Source: Fonticula-like sp. SCN 57-25 (taxonomy: Eukaryota). Taken from it: a DNA stretch of 36,411 bases. The notes under the pieces were generated by a model. The model did no database searches and was not told where the DNA came from. It worked only from the letters and a program-made list of their open reading frames with translations. Location of the stretch: positions 1 through 36,411 of the forward strand of contig MEDX01000038.1 of NCBI GenBank assembly GCA_001724245.1. The letters run 5' to 3'. Shown one piece after another: positions 10,101 to 20,758 of this stretch. Each line of letters begins with the position of its first letter. The stretch's first letter is position 1. The translations under genes and the position numbers were made by a program.

Positions 10101-10567
10101 ATATTACGTCGCTGTTCCGCACGCCGCTGCAGGGCTACGACGCCGTCATCAGCCTGAGGTGGGACGCGTGCGCGAGGTCGCGCGAGAATATTGACGCTGC
10201 GCGGTGGAAGCCCATTGATGACGCCATCAACTTTGTCAGGTATGGCGCCGACCAGGAGGACGGCGGCGACGGCGACAGCGAAACGCTCGTCGGATTCGAC
10301 CCCGCCATTGCCTTTGTCGCCGAGCTCCAGCAGCTCTTTGGCCACCTCGCGCTCTTTTTGTACGACGAGCACGGCGGTCGCCACATTGCCGTCGTGTGGA
10401 AGCCGCAGGCGAGCGCGCCCACGGCATCCGTCGCCGTCGCGCATGCGTTCATGACGGCGCCGACGGGCAAGGGGACCGTCGCGGCTGACCTCGCAGAGGT
10501 CCTCGAGGCGTGCAAGGCGCTCGGTGGCGGGCTCGTGGAGAGCATCGAAACAAAGCGCGCAATGTAA
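7166..10567 (+). CDS. NOL6: Nucleolar protein 6 / U3 snoRNA-associated protein Utp22 (Nrap family), about 1133 aa
   Basis: Acidic N-terminus; ELYKSNVFRLQLTELL, IVGSYL, YRYHHKRAYFLA, FRRTWGSRSELRRFRDGSIVEAVVF, FESSTRWPDD and LVGFDP motifs. The first ATG is at 7166. Confidence 0.93.
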   Translation: MGRSAKRVASAPSAHAEEDEDAMQGVVVSAPPMAASSIQRLGDDDDYVEEDDGSDVEDADEEEGEDEERPSSDLYRLPTADEMRELKETSELYKSNVFRLQLTELLSEVSVKHESLSKLEGALHRLKADLAVMPERAEMPASDAHRKLSKDGVNVPFDLPAVCNYSLAFQRPSDLSIVGSYLVKTHAKPQLAVDVALEMPAALFQPKDIQHYRYHHKRAYFLACVAAYLSKRPGLAALTFESFNGDMSRPVLVMRAAKGDTAVDFSKTGFLIRLLPTVAPGTFKLDRLAPGRSNLRDGDTSSSAAHYNNAILTDMFMKHHVIAVHSALAAVPSIAEASRLLRVWLRQRQLDRVGGITGFIATMVLVHLQQIRKLSRAMSEFQSFRLALQFIAAQDWRASPIAMQTFASNEHSDLSPELDTFSAAFDTVMLDGSGRLNLMADVSRGTMLFVQKEARLALAMIDSPDDRFSDLFLRPLQPVAVFDHLFAVDTTVADAPHLARALSGSLIVGALADRCHLVASWIEQGEADCSWPLKSAKPSSRPVTVWGGLEVSDAAAAGKLVVMGPPADQADAAAAFRRTWGSRSELRRFRDGSIVEAVVFSRPDAQRHLVVCDMLTTLLSVHHPAAVPSLRFRAPRADALLRRLGPNTNGKRSAAGAARPTSAEDPVRAAGAAFEALAKRVRGARALPLSVHAVLPASAHLRGTAVMPAEAHAARLRKVRGGVQSYAAPIEAVITFESSTRWPDDATAADVIKSAFYARLAASLSEDDGPATFACVDYVDVLFGGFAFRLRIAIEHQVKVMAASDDATHRALLPQYEMWAVHLPAHHSLVHTIASSHGAYRLAVRLASRWASSHFFSGALLHETIELLMASVFVNAGAFAQAGSALSALVRFWRLLAETDFEETPITVSPLEYPQSHVDETFKAIRALPNGGGAPLVIFSRCDKTGTLFTSQLDRIMFSRVVKFARAAWKQACEAPFEDITSLFRTPLQGYDAVISLRWDACARSRENIDAARWKPIDDAINFVRYGADQEDGGDGDSETLVGFDPAIAFVAELQQLFGHLALFLYDEHGGRHIAVVWKPQASAPTASVAVAHAFMTAPTGKGTVAADLAEVLEACKALGGGLVESIETKRAM

Positions 10568-10805
10568 ATTTTCAGTCTCTTTTGTACAGTTTCTTTTGAT
10601 ATTTCACACGCATTTGAGAATATACACGCGAATAGATGTGAAGACTATAAAGGTATCGCGCATGAAACGTAAAGCTAAGAACTTGACTGAGTTTTCACAA
10701 AGCATTTGAGGCCTCGTTCCAGTTGTCTGATTTGTGCTGATTTTGCTGATTCTCTGATTTTCATCGGGCGTCTCAAACCGGGTCTACGTCGGGACAGCGG
10801 GAGCC

Positions 10806-11816
10806 ATGTCGTCGTCGTCGTCGCCGCCGCTTGTCGTGGCGGTGACCGGCGCCGCTGGCCAGCTTGCCTATGCGCTTCTCCCCATGATATTGAATGGCCA
10901 TCTCTTTGGCCCCAATCAGCCTGTTCTGCTTCACTTGCTTGATGTTGCTCCTGCCATGGAAGTGCTTCGTGGCCTCGTCATGGAGATTGAGGATTGCATG
11001 ACGCCTCTTCTTCGAGGCATCATGGCGACAGAGAGTCCCGCGGCCGCGTTTACTGGCGCTGACGTTGTTCTTCTGCTCGGCGCGTCGCCCGTCAAGGCCG
11101 TCTCGCTTGACCCGATCAGCAATGTCCACCTCAATGCGCGCGTGCATCGCGACTATGGTCGCGCGCTCGAGCAGCATGCCAAGCCGACGACGCGCGTCGT
11201 TGTCGCCGGCCACCCGTGCAATATCAACGCAATGATCTGCATGGAGTTTGCGCCGTCGATCCCTCGCCGCCACTTTGCGGCGCTTTCGCGGCTCGATCTT
11301 TCCCGCGTGGAAGTCCGCGTGGCACAGCGCCTCGGCGTCGTTCCTTCGCAGATCAAGAATCTCATCATGTGGGGGAGCATAGCGGTCAACTGCACGTGGG
11401 CCGACGTCCAGTTTGCGTATGTGCAGGACTACCCGAACGTTGGCGATCGCACGCCGCTTCTCGATCTGATCGGCGATCCGCAGTCTGCGCAGCTCGACGG
11501 CCCGCTGTCGCACGCAGCGTCGCTCGAGGCGGCCACAAAGTCGGCTCGGCTCAGCGGTGCCGCCGCGTGCGCGAGGCAATTGCGCGAATGGTGGTTTGGG
11601 ACGCCGGAAGGCGAGATCACGTCCATGGCCGTCGTGTCAAACGGCGAGTACGGCGTCAAGCCGGGCGTGATCACGTCGCTTCCGGTAAGGTGCACGAACG
11701 GCGAGTACGAGGTCGTCACCGGCCTTGATATTAGCGAAAGGTCTCTGCGCGCCATTAGAATGTCGACAGAGGCGATCGACGAACAGTTTGCCGAGCTCAT
11801 GGCCGCATTGACGTAG
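10806..11816 (+). CDS. Cytosolic malate dehydrogenase (MDH1)-like protein with a degenerate active site
   Basis: VAVTGAAGQLAY NAD-binding motif, LHLLDV, MEIEDC and WWFGTPEGEITSMAVVS match the MDH1 family. However, WGNHS is WGSIA, the MPR..GMER loop is SPVKAVSLDP, and GNP is GHP. Confidence 0.85.
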   Translation: MSSSSSPPLVVAVTGAAGQLAYALLPMILNGHLFGPNQPVLLHLLDVAPAMEVLRGLVMEIEDCMTPLLRGIMATESPAAAFTGADVVLLLGASPVKAVSLDPISNVHLNARVHRDYGRALEQHAKPTTRVVVAGHPCNINAMICMEFAPSIPRRHFAALSRLDLSRVEVRVAQRLGVVPSQIKNLIMWGSIAVNCTWADVQFAYVQDYPNVGDRTPLLDLIGDPQSAQLDGPLSHAASLEAATKSARLSGAAACARQLREWWFGTPEGEITSMAVVSNGEYGVKPGVITSLPVRCTNGEYEVVTGLDISERSLRAIRMSTEAIDEQFAELMAALT

Positions 11817-12155
11817 GGGCGTGTCGGCGACGCCGCCATACAAGTCATTCTATCGTAGGTCATAGGACTCATATACCTCCTTTTATTGGGCCGAATGTAC
11901 TATTTATGTTTTGTAGAATTCGTTTTTGTAGTTTTTGACAAGTATAAATACGCATCAAAGCAAAAAAAAAATGGTGTGGCATGAATGCCGACTTAACATA
12001 TAGAATTATATCATTATCCATATTACACTCTTTAGTGTCACTTTGAGGCAGCTGTACAAGCGCCTTTTTCTAAGCGGCGATACTCGTAAGAATACACCAA
12101 TAACTAGACGTGGAAATAGTCCACCTAGCGAAACCGCACTTGCGCGGGAAAATAA

Positions 12156-13235
12156 CTACATGTTGGTGCCGTCGCTATCAACGTCCCACGCAAAGCGGCC
12201 GAGCGCCGTCTCGATGCCGAGGATGCCGTCGTGCACGACATAGTCGGCCTCGCGCAGCGGCAGCCCCGTGGCCGACCCCTCTGGCTGCGCCGTGCGGCCG
12301 ATGAGCCCCATCGGGTTGGTAAAGATGTGGTTCACCACCTGGATGTTGGAGTAGACGTCGGCGCGGTTGCCGCGCTCGGTGCCCGCGCGGATCGTGATGG
12401 TCCACTTTTCGTCGCGAAACTGGAAGCGCGGGCGGTTGTCGACCATTTCGACGGAAAAGGACGCGGCGCCGTGCAGCTCGTGGGCGCCCGAGGTAACGAG
12501 CGAGCCGTTGAAAAAGACGCCAAAGGAAGGGTCAAACACGAGGTTGGCGTCCTGCGAGCGAAGGCCGATGCGGCCGAGGTAGTCGCCGAGCTTTGGGAAG
12601 CGGACAAAGGCGGCGTTGAGCTGCAGGTCGGCGTCGCTGATCAGGCTGAACACGCGGCCGGGGGTGCCGCCAAAGAAAAAGCTCGTCCCGTCGAGGCCCT
12701 CAAAGTGCGGGTCCTGGTGAATGCTGCCTTCTTGAAGAGGCTCGCAGTTGCTCGTCACTAAAGAGAAAATAGAAAATTAGGCACCCGCGGGAAAGGATCG
12801 GGCGCACGCACGTCGCATGAGGCTGGGCTCGTCGGTGCAGTGGTAGTACGCCATGTTGAACAGGTTGCAGACCTCTTGCGCGTTGTTGGCCGAGAACTGG
12901 TACCCAATACCCTGGCGGCAATTGCTGGGGGAGTGGCAGCACATAAAGTAGGTAGGCACTTGGCAGCGCTCGATCGTCAGCAGGACATCGCACGTGTCGC
13001 GCGAGCGGCAATAGTTGGCGTCATTGGCGCAGCGGTACACTTTTTTGCGCACATCAAGGCAGTGCGCGGCATCGCCGTCAGCAAACACGTCGCTGGGAGA
13101 GTTGATGCCGTTCAGGCAGTCTCGCTGCGTCTGGAAGCACTCGATCGGGCCGTCGCACTGGCAGCTCTGTGATGCCGCCGGCCCCACTACGGCGGCGACG
13201 ACCAGCAGCGCTGCAATCGCCACCAGACGGGCCAT
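12156..13235 (-). CDS. Secreted protein, 341 aa: signal peptide, Cys-rich domain and root-cap/VWD-like domain; exons 13235-12812 and 12757-12156
   Basis: Hydrophobic N-terminus MARLVAIAALLVVAAVVGPAAS followed by many Cys residues. A 54-nt phase-1 intron (GTGCGT...TTTAG) joins the two ORFs. QDPHFEGLDGTSFFFGG..GRVFSLISDADLQLNAAF and NPMGLIGRT resemble plant root-cap-family/VWD-like domains. Confidence 0.7.
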
Positions 13236-14312
13236 CGTGCGAGAAAGTTATGGTTGGTGATCTCTGAGCCCGCAGTTAATAGACCCCCATGACGCGAGGG
13301 GAGCCCGCACAGCTCTGCCCTATGACGCGAGCAGCAACTTTTGGTTCACACGAGACAATGCATAGCCCAGCCCCAATCATCGCGAAGCGCAACACCGATT
13401 GTGACGATGCATCATTGCGCCCAAACCCTCGGAATGCAGGGACCGTGTCCAGTTCGACCGGCTGGACGCTTTCATGATCGATCGCTCATCTCTCTTCGCT
13501 TGGCGGGATCTCTTGGCGGGTCGCTAAGCAGCAATTCGTGCTGCGCAGCGTGGCCTTCTGCTCGGGACCCCCCGTCATCGACCACCTCGATCGACGAACC
13601 CCGTTTTCAGCATTGTCACAGGCCTGTGGTCTAGAATGCCTTTCACAGATTTACCAAAAAGGGTAACGTTGCACGCCGTGGTCATTTCAACCCGTGCGCA
13701 AATCTCCGCGATTGGTGCGGAGAATGAATAACAAGCGACCACCGAGATGTGACAGTGCTGTCACAGGCGTGAGTTCGTGTTGTTTCGGCCGCGAAAGGAG
13801 GCAAGGTTAGTCAAACGAGCCCGAGTCGCCCGCCCCTTCCCTGCAGCGCCGACACCGACGGCGGCGCGAAATCGAGAAAATAAGGCAGGCTGGGAGAAGA
13901 GATAGGCCCTGCACATATTCGCAACTACGTGAAAATAGCCGAGCCACTGGTAGGACACGAGTTGTTTGATTAATCTACGTGTCGAAGGGGGCGGAATTCG
14001 CGCGCGTCGTGGAGGGTTTCTCAGGTTGCCCATCGGGGAAAGGTTCGTGTCCCGTTGTCTCGGTGCCATGGTAACAGGGAAGGGTGGGACTATTGTGTTG
14101 CTGAGATGAATTGAGTATCGTCGTTTTTTTTCTTTCCCTCTGTGATTCCCACATGAGCCATCCTTGGCGCCTGCTGCCCGGATCCGCATCGAGCTTGCAA
14201 ACTGATTCTTGTGCCCACTAGTTTAACTTTACCGCACCATAGTTGACGGTGTTTTGTTGGACGCTTTCTCGAGTGCTTTCCCTTTTTTTCTGCGTTCCCC
14301 CGGCGAGCCGGC

Positions 14313-16861
14313 ATGTCGACGGGCGTCAATAATGCCGGCGGAAAGGCTATGCTTGGCACCGACACGCTGACGTCAGCGCAGCTGCTGAAGCTCGCGACGC
14401 CTGCGGACTACAGCACTACTTCGTCAGAGTCTCTTTCGGACACGGCGCCAATGTCGCCTCATTCGGCGTCCATGTCGCCGCGCCCTTCGAGGGAGATTGA
14501 GGACCCCCAGTATGTCGGGACATATCGGATTGAGCGACTCCTCGGAAAGGGCAGCTATGGCAAAGTGCGCCTTGCGACGGACGTGCGGACCAACAAAAAG
14601 GTCGCGTTAAAGTCGATCGTCAAGGCCAATGTCAAGAAAGCCACTCAGATGGCGCGAATCAAGCGCGAGGTCAAGCTCTTTAACCTTCTTCAGCATCCCA
14701 ATATTGTGGAGCTGTACGATGTCCTGCACACGGACAAGGAGATTATTCTTGTCATCGAGTATGCCGGCGGCGGCGAGCTTTTTGATTACATTGTCGCCCA
14801 CGACAAGCTCAAGGAAAAGGATGCGAGGAAAATTTTTCGTCAGCTCGTGTCTGCCGTGCGGTACTGCCACGAGAATTTCATTGTTCATCGCGACATCAAG
14901 CCCGAGAATGTGCTTCTCGACGAGCATCACAACATCAAGCTTACCGGTACGAGCGCGCTCTTTAACCGATACGCTTAAACTCACGCGCGTGCTACCCAGA
15001 TTTTGGTTTTTGCAATTCTTTCACCCCCGACTCGCTGCTCAACACGTTTTGCGGGTCGCCCTTTTATGTTTCCCCGGAGATGGTTCTCGGCAAGCCCTAC
15101 ATTGGCCCCGAGGTGGACGTGTGGAGCCTTGGCGTGATGCTGTACGCGCTTTTGTGCGGCCACCTTCCCTTCCATGACCACGTGACGAACCGCCTGTACG
15201 AAAAAATCGTGAGCGGCACCTTTGAGATGGAGCCTTTCCTTTCGCCGGAAGCGCAGGACCTTCTTCGGTCGCTGCTCACCGTCGACAGCAGCCAGCGCGC
15301 CACGCTCGAGCAAGCGTCGCGCCACCCCTGGATGATGGAGGGCCTGGACGAGCCGGTTTCGTCCATGGTGCCTACGCGTCCGCCAATCTCCCCCGCCGAG
15401 CTGGACTCGAACATGATGTCGCGCCTTACGTCATACGGCTTCACCGACATGGAGGAAGTAAAGCGCCTTCTTTTGAGCCCGGCGGACGGGCCGTGCAAGG
15501 CCGTGTACCACCTGCTGTGCGAGAAGAATGATACTGCACAGCGGCGCGCCGCCGAGATTATCCGCGAGCAGCGGCGCCTGTCTGAGGAGGCGCTCCTGCG
15601 CCGCGTGACAAACATGTCGCATGAACACTCGCAGCAGCAGCAGCGCCGCGGGTCGGACGAGACGCAGTCGCGGCGCAGCCGCCTCTCGCAGCGCATCGTC
15701 AGCTACAACGCGCAGCGCGACTCGCGCGCCACCATTACCAACACGGACATGCGCTACATTCAGGGCGGGAACCGCGGTCAATTGGGCGCGATGCATCAGC
15801 AATTCGTGCAGCAGATGGCCATGGAACAGCAGCAGCAGCAGGCGCACCACGCGCTTCGCGTCAAGCTGAGCGCGCACCAGTCGACCTCTTCGTTCCCGCT
15901 GTCGCCGCGCGTCGGGTCCAACGAGCAAATTTTGCCCGCCGCTGGGGCGACGCCGCAGTCGCCGTCGTCATTTACGCAGCCGCCTCCGCACGGGCTGCCC
16001 GTGCTTCCTCCCGTGCACATGCACGCCAACGACGTCGACGCCGCCGCGGCCGACACGTACTTTAACCGCCTTCGTTTCCGCTCGATCGACTCGTCCGTCG
16101 CCACGCTCGCCCGCCGGTTCGCGGGCGCGCTCACGGTGCTTCCCGACGAGAAGCCTCCGCAGGGCGAGCAGCCGCGGCAGGCCGAGCAGCCGGCCCCGAT
16201 GTCGACAGAGGAAGCCCAGGCGATGGTGGCCGCCGCAGCCGCTGCAGCGGCAGCAGCCGATGTGGAAACCGACGCGCCCATCGATGCCAGCACCGACCTG
16301 AACAATGTGAGCACGCCAATGTCGACCGACACGTCGCGGTCGTCCACGCCGCAGTCATACGGCGGCGCGAGCGGCAGTGGCTTTGGCCCGGCGAACGGCG
16401 GTGAGCTGACGCCCGCCACCATGTCGCTGCTCACAAACATGGTGGGCGGCGGCGCGGGAGTTCAAGAGATGCCCCTCGCGCCGGAAGACGCCGGGATGCG
16501 GCAGGTGCGCGGCCTGTTCAATGTGGCCACGTCAAGCTCGCGGCCGGCGCGCGACATTTGCGCAGAGGTCGCGCGCGTTTTGGAAGCCAACGGCGTGCGG
16601 TACCAGCTCAATGCGTTCGTGTTCCACTGCTGGTGGATCGACCCGACCATGGCGAACAACCCTACGCAAACGGTCACCGGATCAGAGGCGCTCCAGGAGG
16701 CGGCGCCAGTCATTGCAACGATGAACCATGTCTCCTTCAATATTGAGATTTGCAAGATTCAGCGACTCGCGCTCTACGGCCTCCACTTGAACAGAGTGGA
16801 CGGCGACACGTGGCTTTATAAACAGTTATGCGACCATTTGACGGGCCAGATGCGGCTCTAA
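14313..16861 (+). CDS. KIN1/PAR-1/MARK-family Ser/Thr kinase with UBA and C-terminal KA1 domains, 831 aa; exons 14313-14946 and 15000-16861
   Basis: GKGSYGKV, VALK, HRDIKPEN, DFG (spanning intron 14947-14999), TFCGSPFY, YIGPEVDVWS. KA1 features: VRGLFNVATSSSR, FNIEICKI, GDTWLYKQLC...MRL. Confidence 0.92.
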
Positions 16862-17202
16862 TCGCCTCTTATTTCATATTTCGATTTTCACGAGATCGTT
16901 TCGAATGCGTGTACTACTTATAATGTCCTACGGGCGTGGCTTCTTTCCGTTCGTAGGAGGAGCATCGCTTTCTATATTCACTGTTGTTTTCATTTGAGCC
17001 GTGTACCATATCGCATTTTTAACATAATATACTGTGTTTTGAGTTTTATTCTTTTGCCTCGGCGACATTTCATGCAACGGCGGGGCAATTATAGATATAA
17101 AGATATAGATATTCACTCTAAAGTCTAGTGCACCTTTTCGATGATACACCCTAGTCTATAGATATTCGCTCTAAAGTCTAGACCCTTTCTCGGTGATACG
17201 CC

Positions 17203-18784
17203 CTACTGGTTGATGTACCATCCGATCTTGCTGCGCGTCTTGTTCTTCGTGATGGCCTTGACCTGCAGGTAGTTCTTGAGACCCCACTCGCCGAGCTCGC
17301 GCCCAAAGCCGCTCTTCTTGTACCCACCAAACGGCGCCTCTGCAAACTCGTTCTGCGTGCAGTTGATCCACACAGTGCCCGCGCGGATCTGCTTGGCGAC
17401 GCGCTCGCACTGCTCATCGTCCTCTGAAAAGACGCCGGCGGCGAGACCGTACTCGGTGTCGTTGGCGAGGCGGATGCCCTCCTCCTCCGTGTCAAAAGTA
17501 AGCACGCTCAGAACGGGGCCAAAGATCTCCTCACGCCAGACGCGCATGTGCGGCTCAACGACAAAGATGGTCGGCTCGACAAAGTATCCCTTGGGGAGGT
17601 GCGCCGGGCGAGCGCCGCCGGTGATGAGCTGGGCGCCCTCCTTGACACCCACGGCAATGTACTCCATGACCTTGTCGTACTGCACCTTGCTCACGATCGG
17701 GCCCATGGTGCCCGAGCGCTCGCGGGCGCGCTCGGAATACGGGTCCACCACAGCAACCTCCTTGACCATCGTCTTGAGGCGCTCGAGGACGGCGGGCGCA
17801 ATGCCGCGCTGAAGAAGCACGCGCGTCGTCGCGCTGCAGACCTGGCCGCTGTTGGTGAAGCAGCCGTACATGATCCACTCGCAGACGCGCTCGACATCAA
17901 CGCCGTCAAAAACGACGAGGGGCGACTTGCCGCCAAGCTCGAGCGTGCATTTCACAACATTCCTAGAAAAGGCTTAGCAAAATAACGATAAAACATGAAA
18001 AAGCGCACTTGGCGGCGGCGGCCATGATCGACGAGCCCGTCGGCACGCTGCCGGTGAAGGCGATCTTGTCGATGCCGGCGTTGTTGATGAGGGCGGATCC
18101 CGTGATGCTGCCTTGGCCGCAGACGAGGTTGAACACGCCCGGGGGGAAGACATCCTTGCTCAGGTCCGCGAGCTCGAGCATCGAGAGCGGAGTGTACTCT
18201 GACGGCTTGAGGATGATGCTGCATCCCGCGGCGAGGGCGGGCGCAATCTTCCAGGTGGCCATGAGGAGCGGGTAGTTCCACGGGACGATGAGAGCTGCGA
18301 CGCCGATCGCCTCCTCGCGAACCTCAAGATCATAGTTGTCGTCGGGCAGCTTGGAGCGCGGCGGCGCGGGCGGCGCGTCCATCTCCTCCGCCAGGCCGGC
18401 GTAGTAGCGCAGGCAGTGGGATGTGCTGCCAAGATCACCCTTCGCCTCCATGTAGCTCTTGCCCATGTTAACAACCTCGAGCTCCAAAAGGCGAGCCGCG
18501 TTGTCGTCCACAATGGTCGCAAGGCGGCGAAGGCACTCTGCGCGCTGCTTTCCGGTGCTGCGGTTCCATCCGTTCTCAAAGGAAGCGCGGGCGGCGGCTA
18601 CGGCCTCGTTCACGATGGAGGCAGGGGCGCTGGGCACAGCGCACAAGACCTCCTCCGTCGTCGGGTTCACAATATCGTACGGCGCATCGCCAGACTCGAA
18701 CGAGCGCCAGGTGCCATTGATAAACGCCTGCCCAACAGGGGCGCGCACAAGCGGCTGCAGACGCGAAGCAAGACGCACCGACAT
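17203..18784 (-). CDS. Betaine/aminoaldehyde dehydrogenase (ALDH10-like), 511 aa; exons 18784-18009 and 17962-17203
   Basis: PWNYPLLMATWKIAPALAAG, FTGSVPTG, LELGGKSP, catalytic GQVCSA, EEIFGPV, FGGYKKSGFGRELG and the terminal GWY. Intron 18008-17963 is 46 nt. The Arg-rich N-terminus may be a mitochondrial transit peptide. Confidence 0.9.
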
Positions 18785-18954
18785 GACAGTTGTGGTGGGA
18801 CGCTTGCAATGGCGGTAGTGATGACAGCGACGATGCGACTAGTTTCAAGGTAGATGATACGGTGCTACCTTTGACCGGTTTCGAAAAACGGGCAGCTTAT
18901 GAAACGGGCGAGGGTGAGCCAAACTGATCCCCCCACCCCACGCCATTGCTGGTC

Positions 18955-20588
18955 ATGGCGGCGGGCTGCTTGGTCGATGCCCATGCTCCAGAGGTCCATG
19001 TCTTTGGGCTGACGCTTCGGCTGACGCCCACGGGACGATACACGCTTGGGCTGTTCTTCCTCCTGGGCGTTGTGGTCATCTGGGTTGCGGTCTCCCAGCT
19101 GATGCAGGTGCGCGATCGGCCTCGCTGGTGGCCCACGCTTTTCAACTCACGCTCTGAATCATCCCAATCTAGTACGTCTTCCTGCATCATGGGTACTTTA
19201 AGCCGTTTGCCTTGACGTACATTGGCACGGCCATGTTCACCTTTCACCTCATGTTTATTGGCAGCGAGCACCTGTGGAAGCGCTTTCGCGCGGGGAGGTA
19301 CGCGCCTGTCCCTTGGTTTGCGGGGCACATGTTAACCCTGGCTATGTTTCGCGCCGCGCAGGGCTGGCACGCCGGAAAAGATCAAGACAGGCACCTCGTC
19401 TCGGCTGTCGCGCTTGGTGCAGCGCGCTCGTGGCCCAAACAAGAAGCACGCGATCAGCCTTGACGATGACGATCAAGACTATAACCTGGACGACTTTGGC
19501 CTGGACGATGATGATGAAGAAGATGCCGAGCTGCTGAGTGACGCGGGAGCGACGCCCACCGGTCCGCGTCCCGAAGCCGAGCGCTCGACGAGCTCTCTGT
19601 CCTCTCCAGTGCATACGCCGCCTGCCGCCGGATCGCTGGACGTGGACGACGAGCACATCTTTGACGCCGAATCAGGGGCGGTTTTGCCGTCGGCCGAAGA
19701 GGGTGACCAGCCCGTGGTCAAGTTGACATCGAAGCAGACGATGAAGCTCGGTCTCCAGTTTTGCATTCTGTGGTTCTTTGCCAACTACACGAGCAGCGCA
19801 GCTCTGCAGTACACGAGCGTGTCGAGCAGCACGATCCTGAGCTCGACCTCTGGCTTTTTCACGCTTCTCTTTGGCGCTGTGTTTGGCGTTGAAAAGCTTG
19901 ACGCCGTGCGGATCTTTTCCGTCATTGTGTGGTACGTTTGCTCTTTTGCGAGTGCTGGCTTTAACATTGTTGCAGCCTCGGGGGTGTGGTGCTTGTGAGC
20001 ATGAGCGACTCGCACGGCGAGGACGGCACCGAGACTGCCTTTGGCGACCTGCTCAGCATCATCGGAGCCGTGCTCTATGGTGCCTACATTGTGCTGCTAA
20101 AGGTCAAGATTGGGCACGAGGACGCGGTAGACATGCGCCTGTTCTTTGGGTTTGTTGGCCTCTTCAACATCCTGCTGCTCTGGCCCGGATTCATCCTTCT
20201 TCACTTTACCGGCATCGAAGAGTTTGAGCTGCCAAACGCAACCGTGTTTGGCCTCGTCATGCTCAACGGCATCGTGGGGACGCTCCTCGCCGACTATCTT
20301 TGGATGCTCGCCATGTTTATGACATCGCCAATGATTGTCACGCTCGGCCTGTCGCTCACCATTCCCCTCGCGCTCTTTGTCGACCTCCTCCTCGATGCGG
20401 TCGACCTCACGGCTGTCTACTGGGTGGGAACCTCAATGGTGCTCATGGGCTTTGTCTTTGTGAATATGCATGTGGCAAAGTCAAAGACCGAAACGGCCGA
20501 CGGGACCGCCGCGCCAGCCACAAAGTCCTGGAAGCACGTGCTGACCGCACCCCTAAAGTGGCTCAACCAGAAATGGGCCGCGCTATAA
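18955..20588 (+). CDS. SLC35F5 / Thi74-like DMT-superfamily (EamA) transporter, 486 aa; exons 18955-19107, 19173-19297, 19362-19931, 19976-20588
   Basis: VVVIWV, YFKPFALTY, FCILWFFANY, TILSSTSGFFTL, FFGFVGLFN, DYLW and GLSLTIPLA motifs. Three GT-AG introns keep the frame (1461 nt). Confidence 0.88.
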
Positions 20589-20758
20589 AATATGTCTGTC
20601 GATCTTTTTCCATTTTTGAGAGTTAATGCTACTATTGTATAGTTCAATATTATTGCTTGGTGATGATAAGAATCTATAAAAGCATCACATAAAAATGCAG
20701 AGTCATAATTGGTTCATGCAAAAAAAGGGAAAAAATGCAGTGCGCGCGCGCTCGGAAT

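Noticed and set aside
4344-10545. Many long overlapping or antisense ORFs (e.g. 7514..8656, 8942..10444, 5738..6541)
   Set aside because: These are shadow ORFs expected from high GC and codon bias opposite real genes, with no recognisable motifs.
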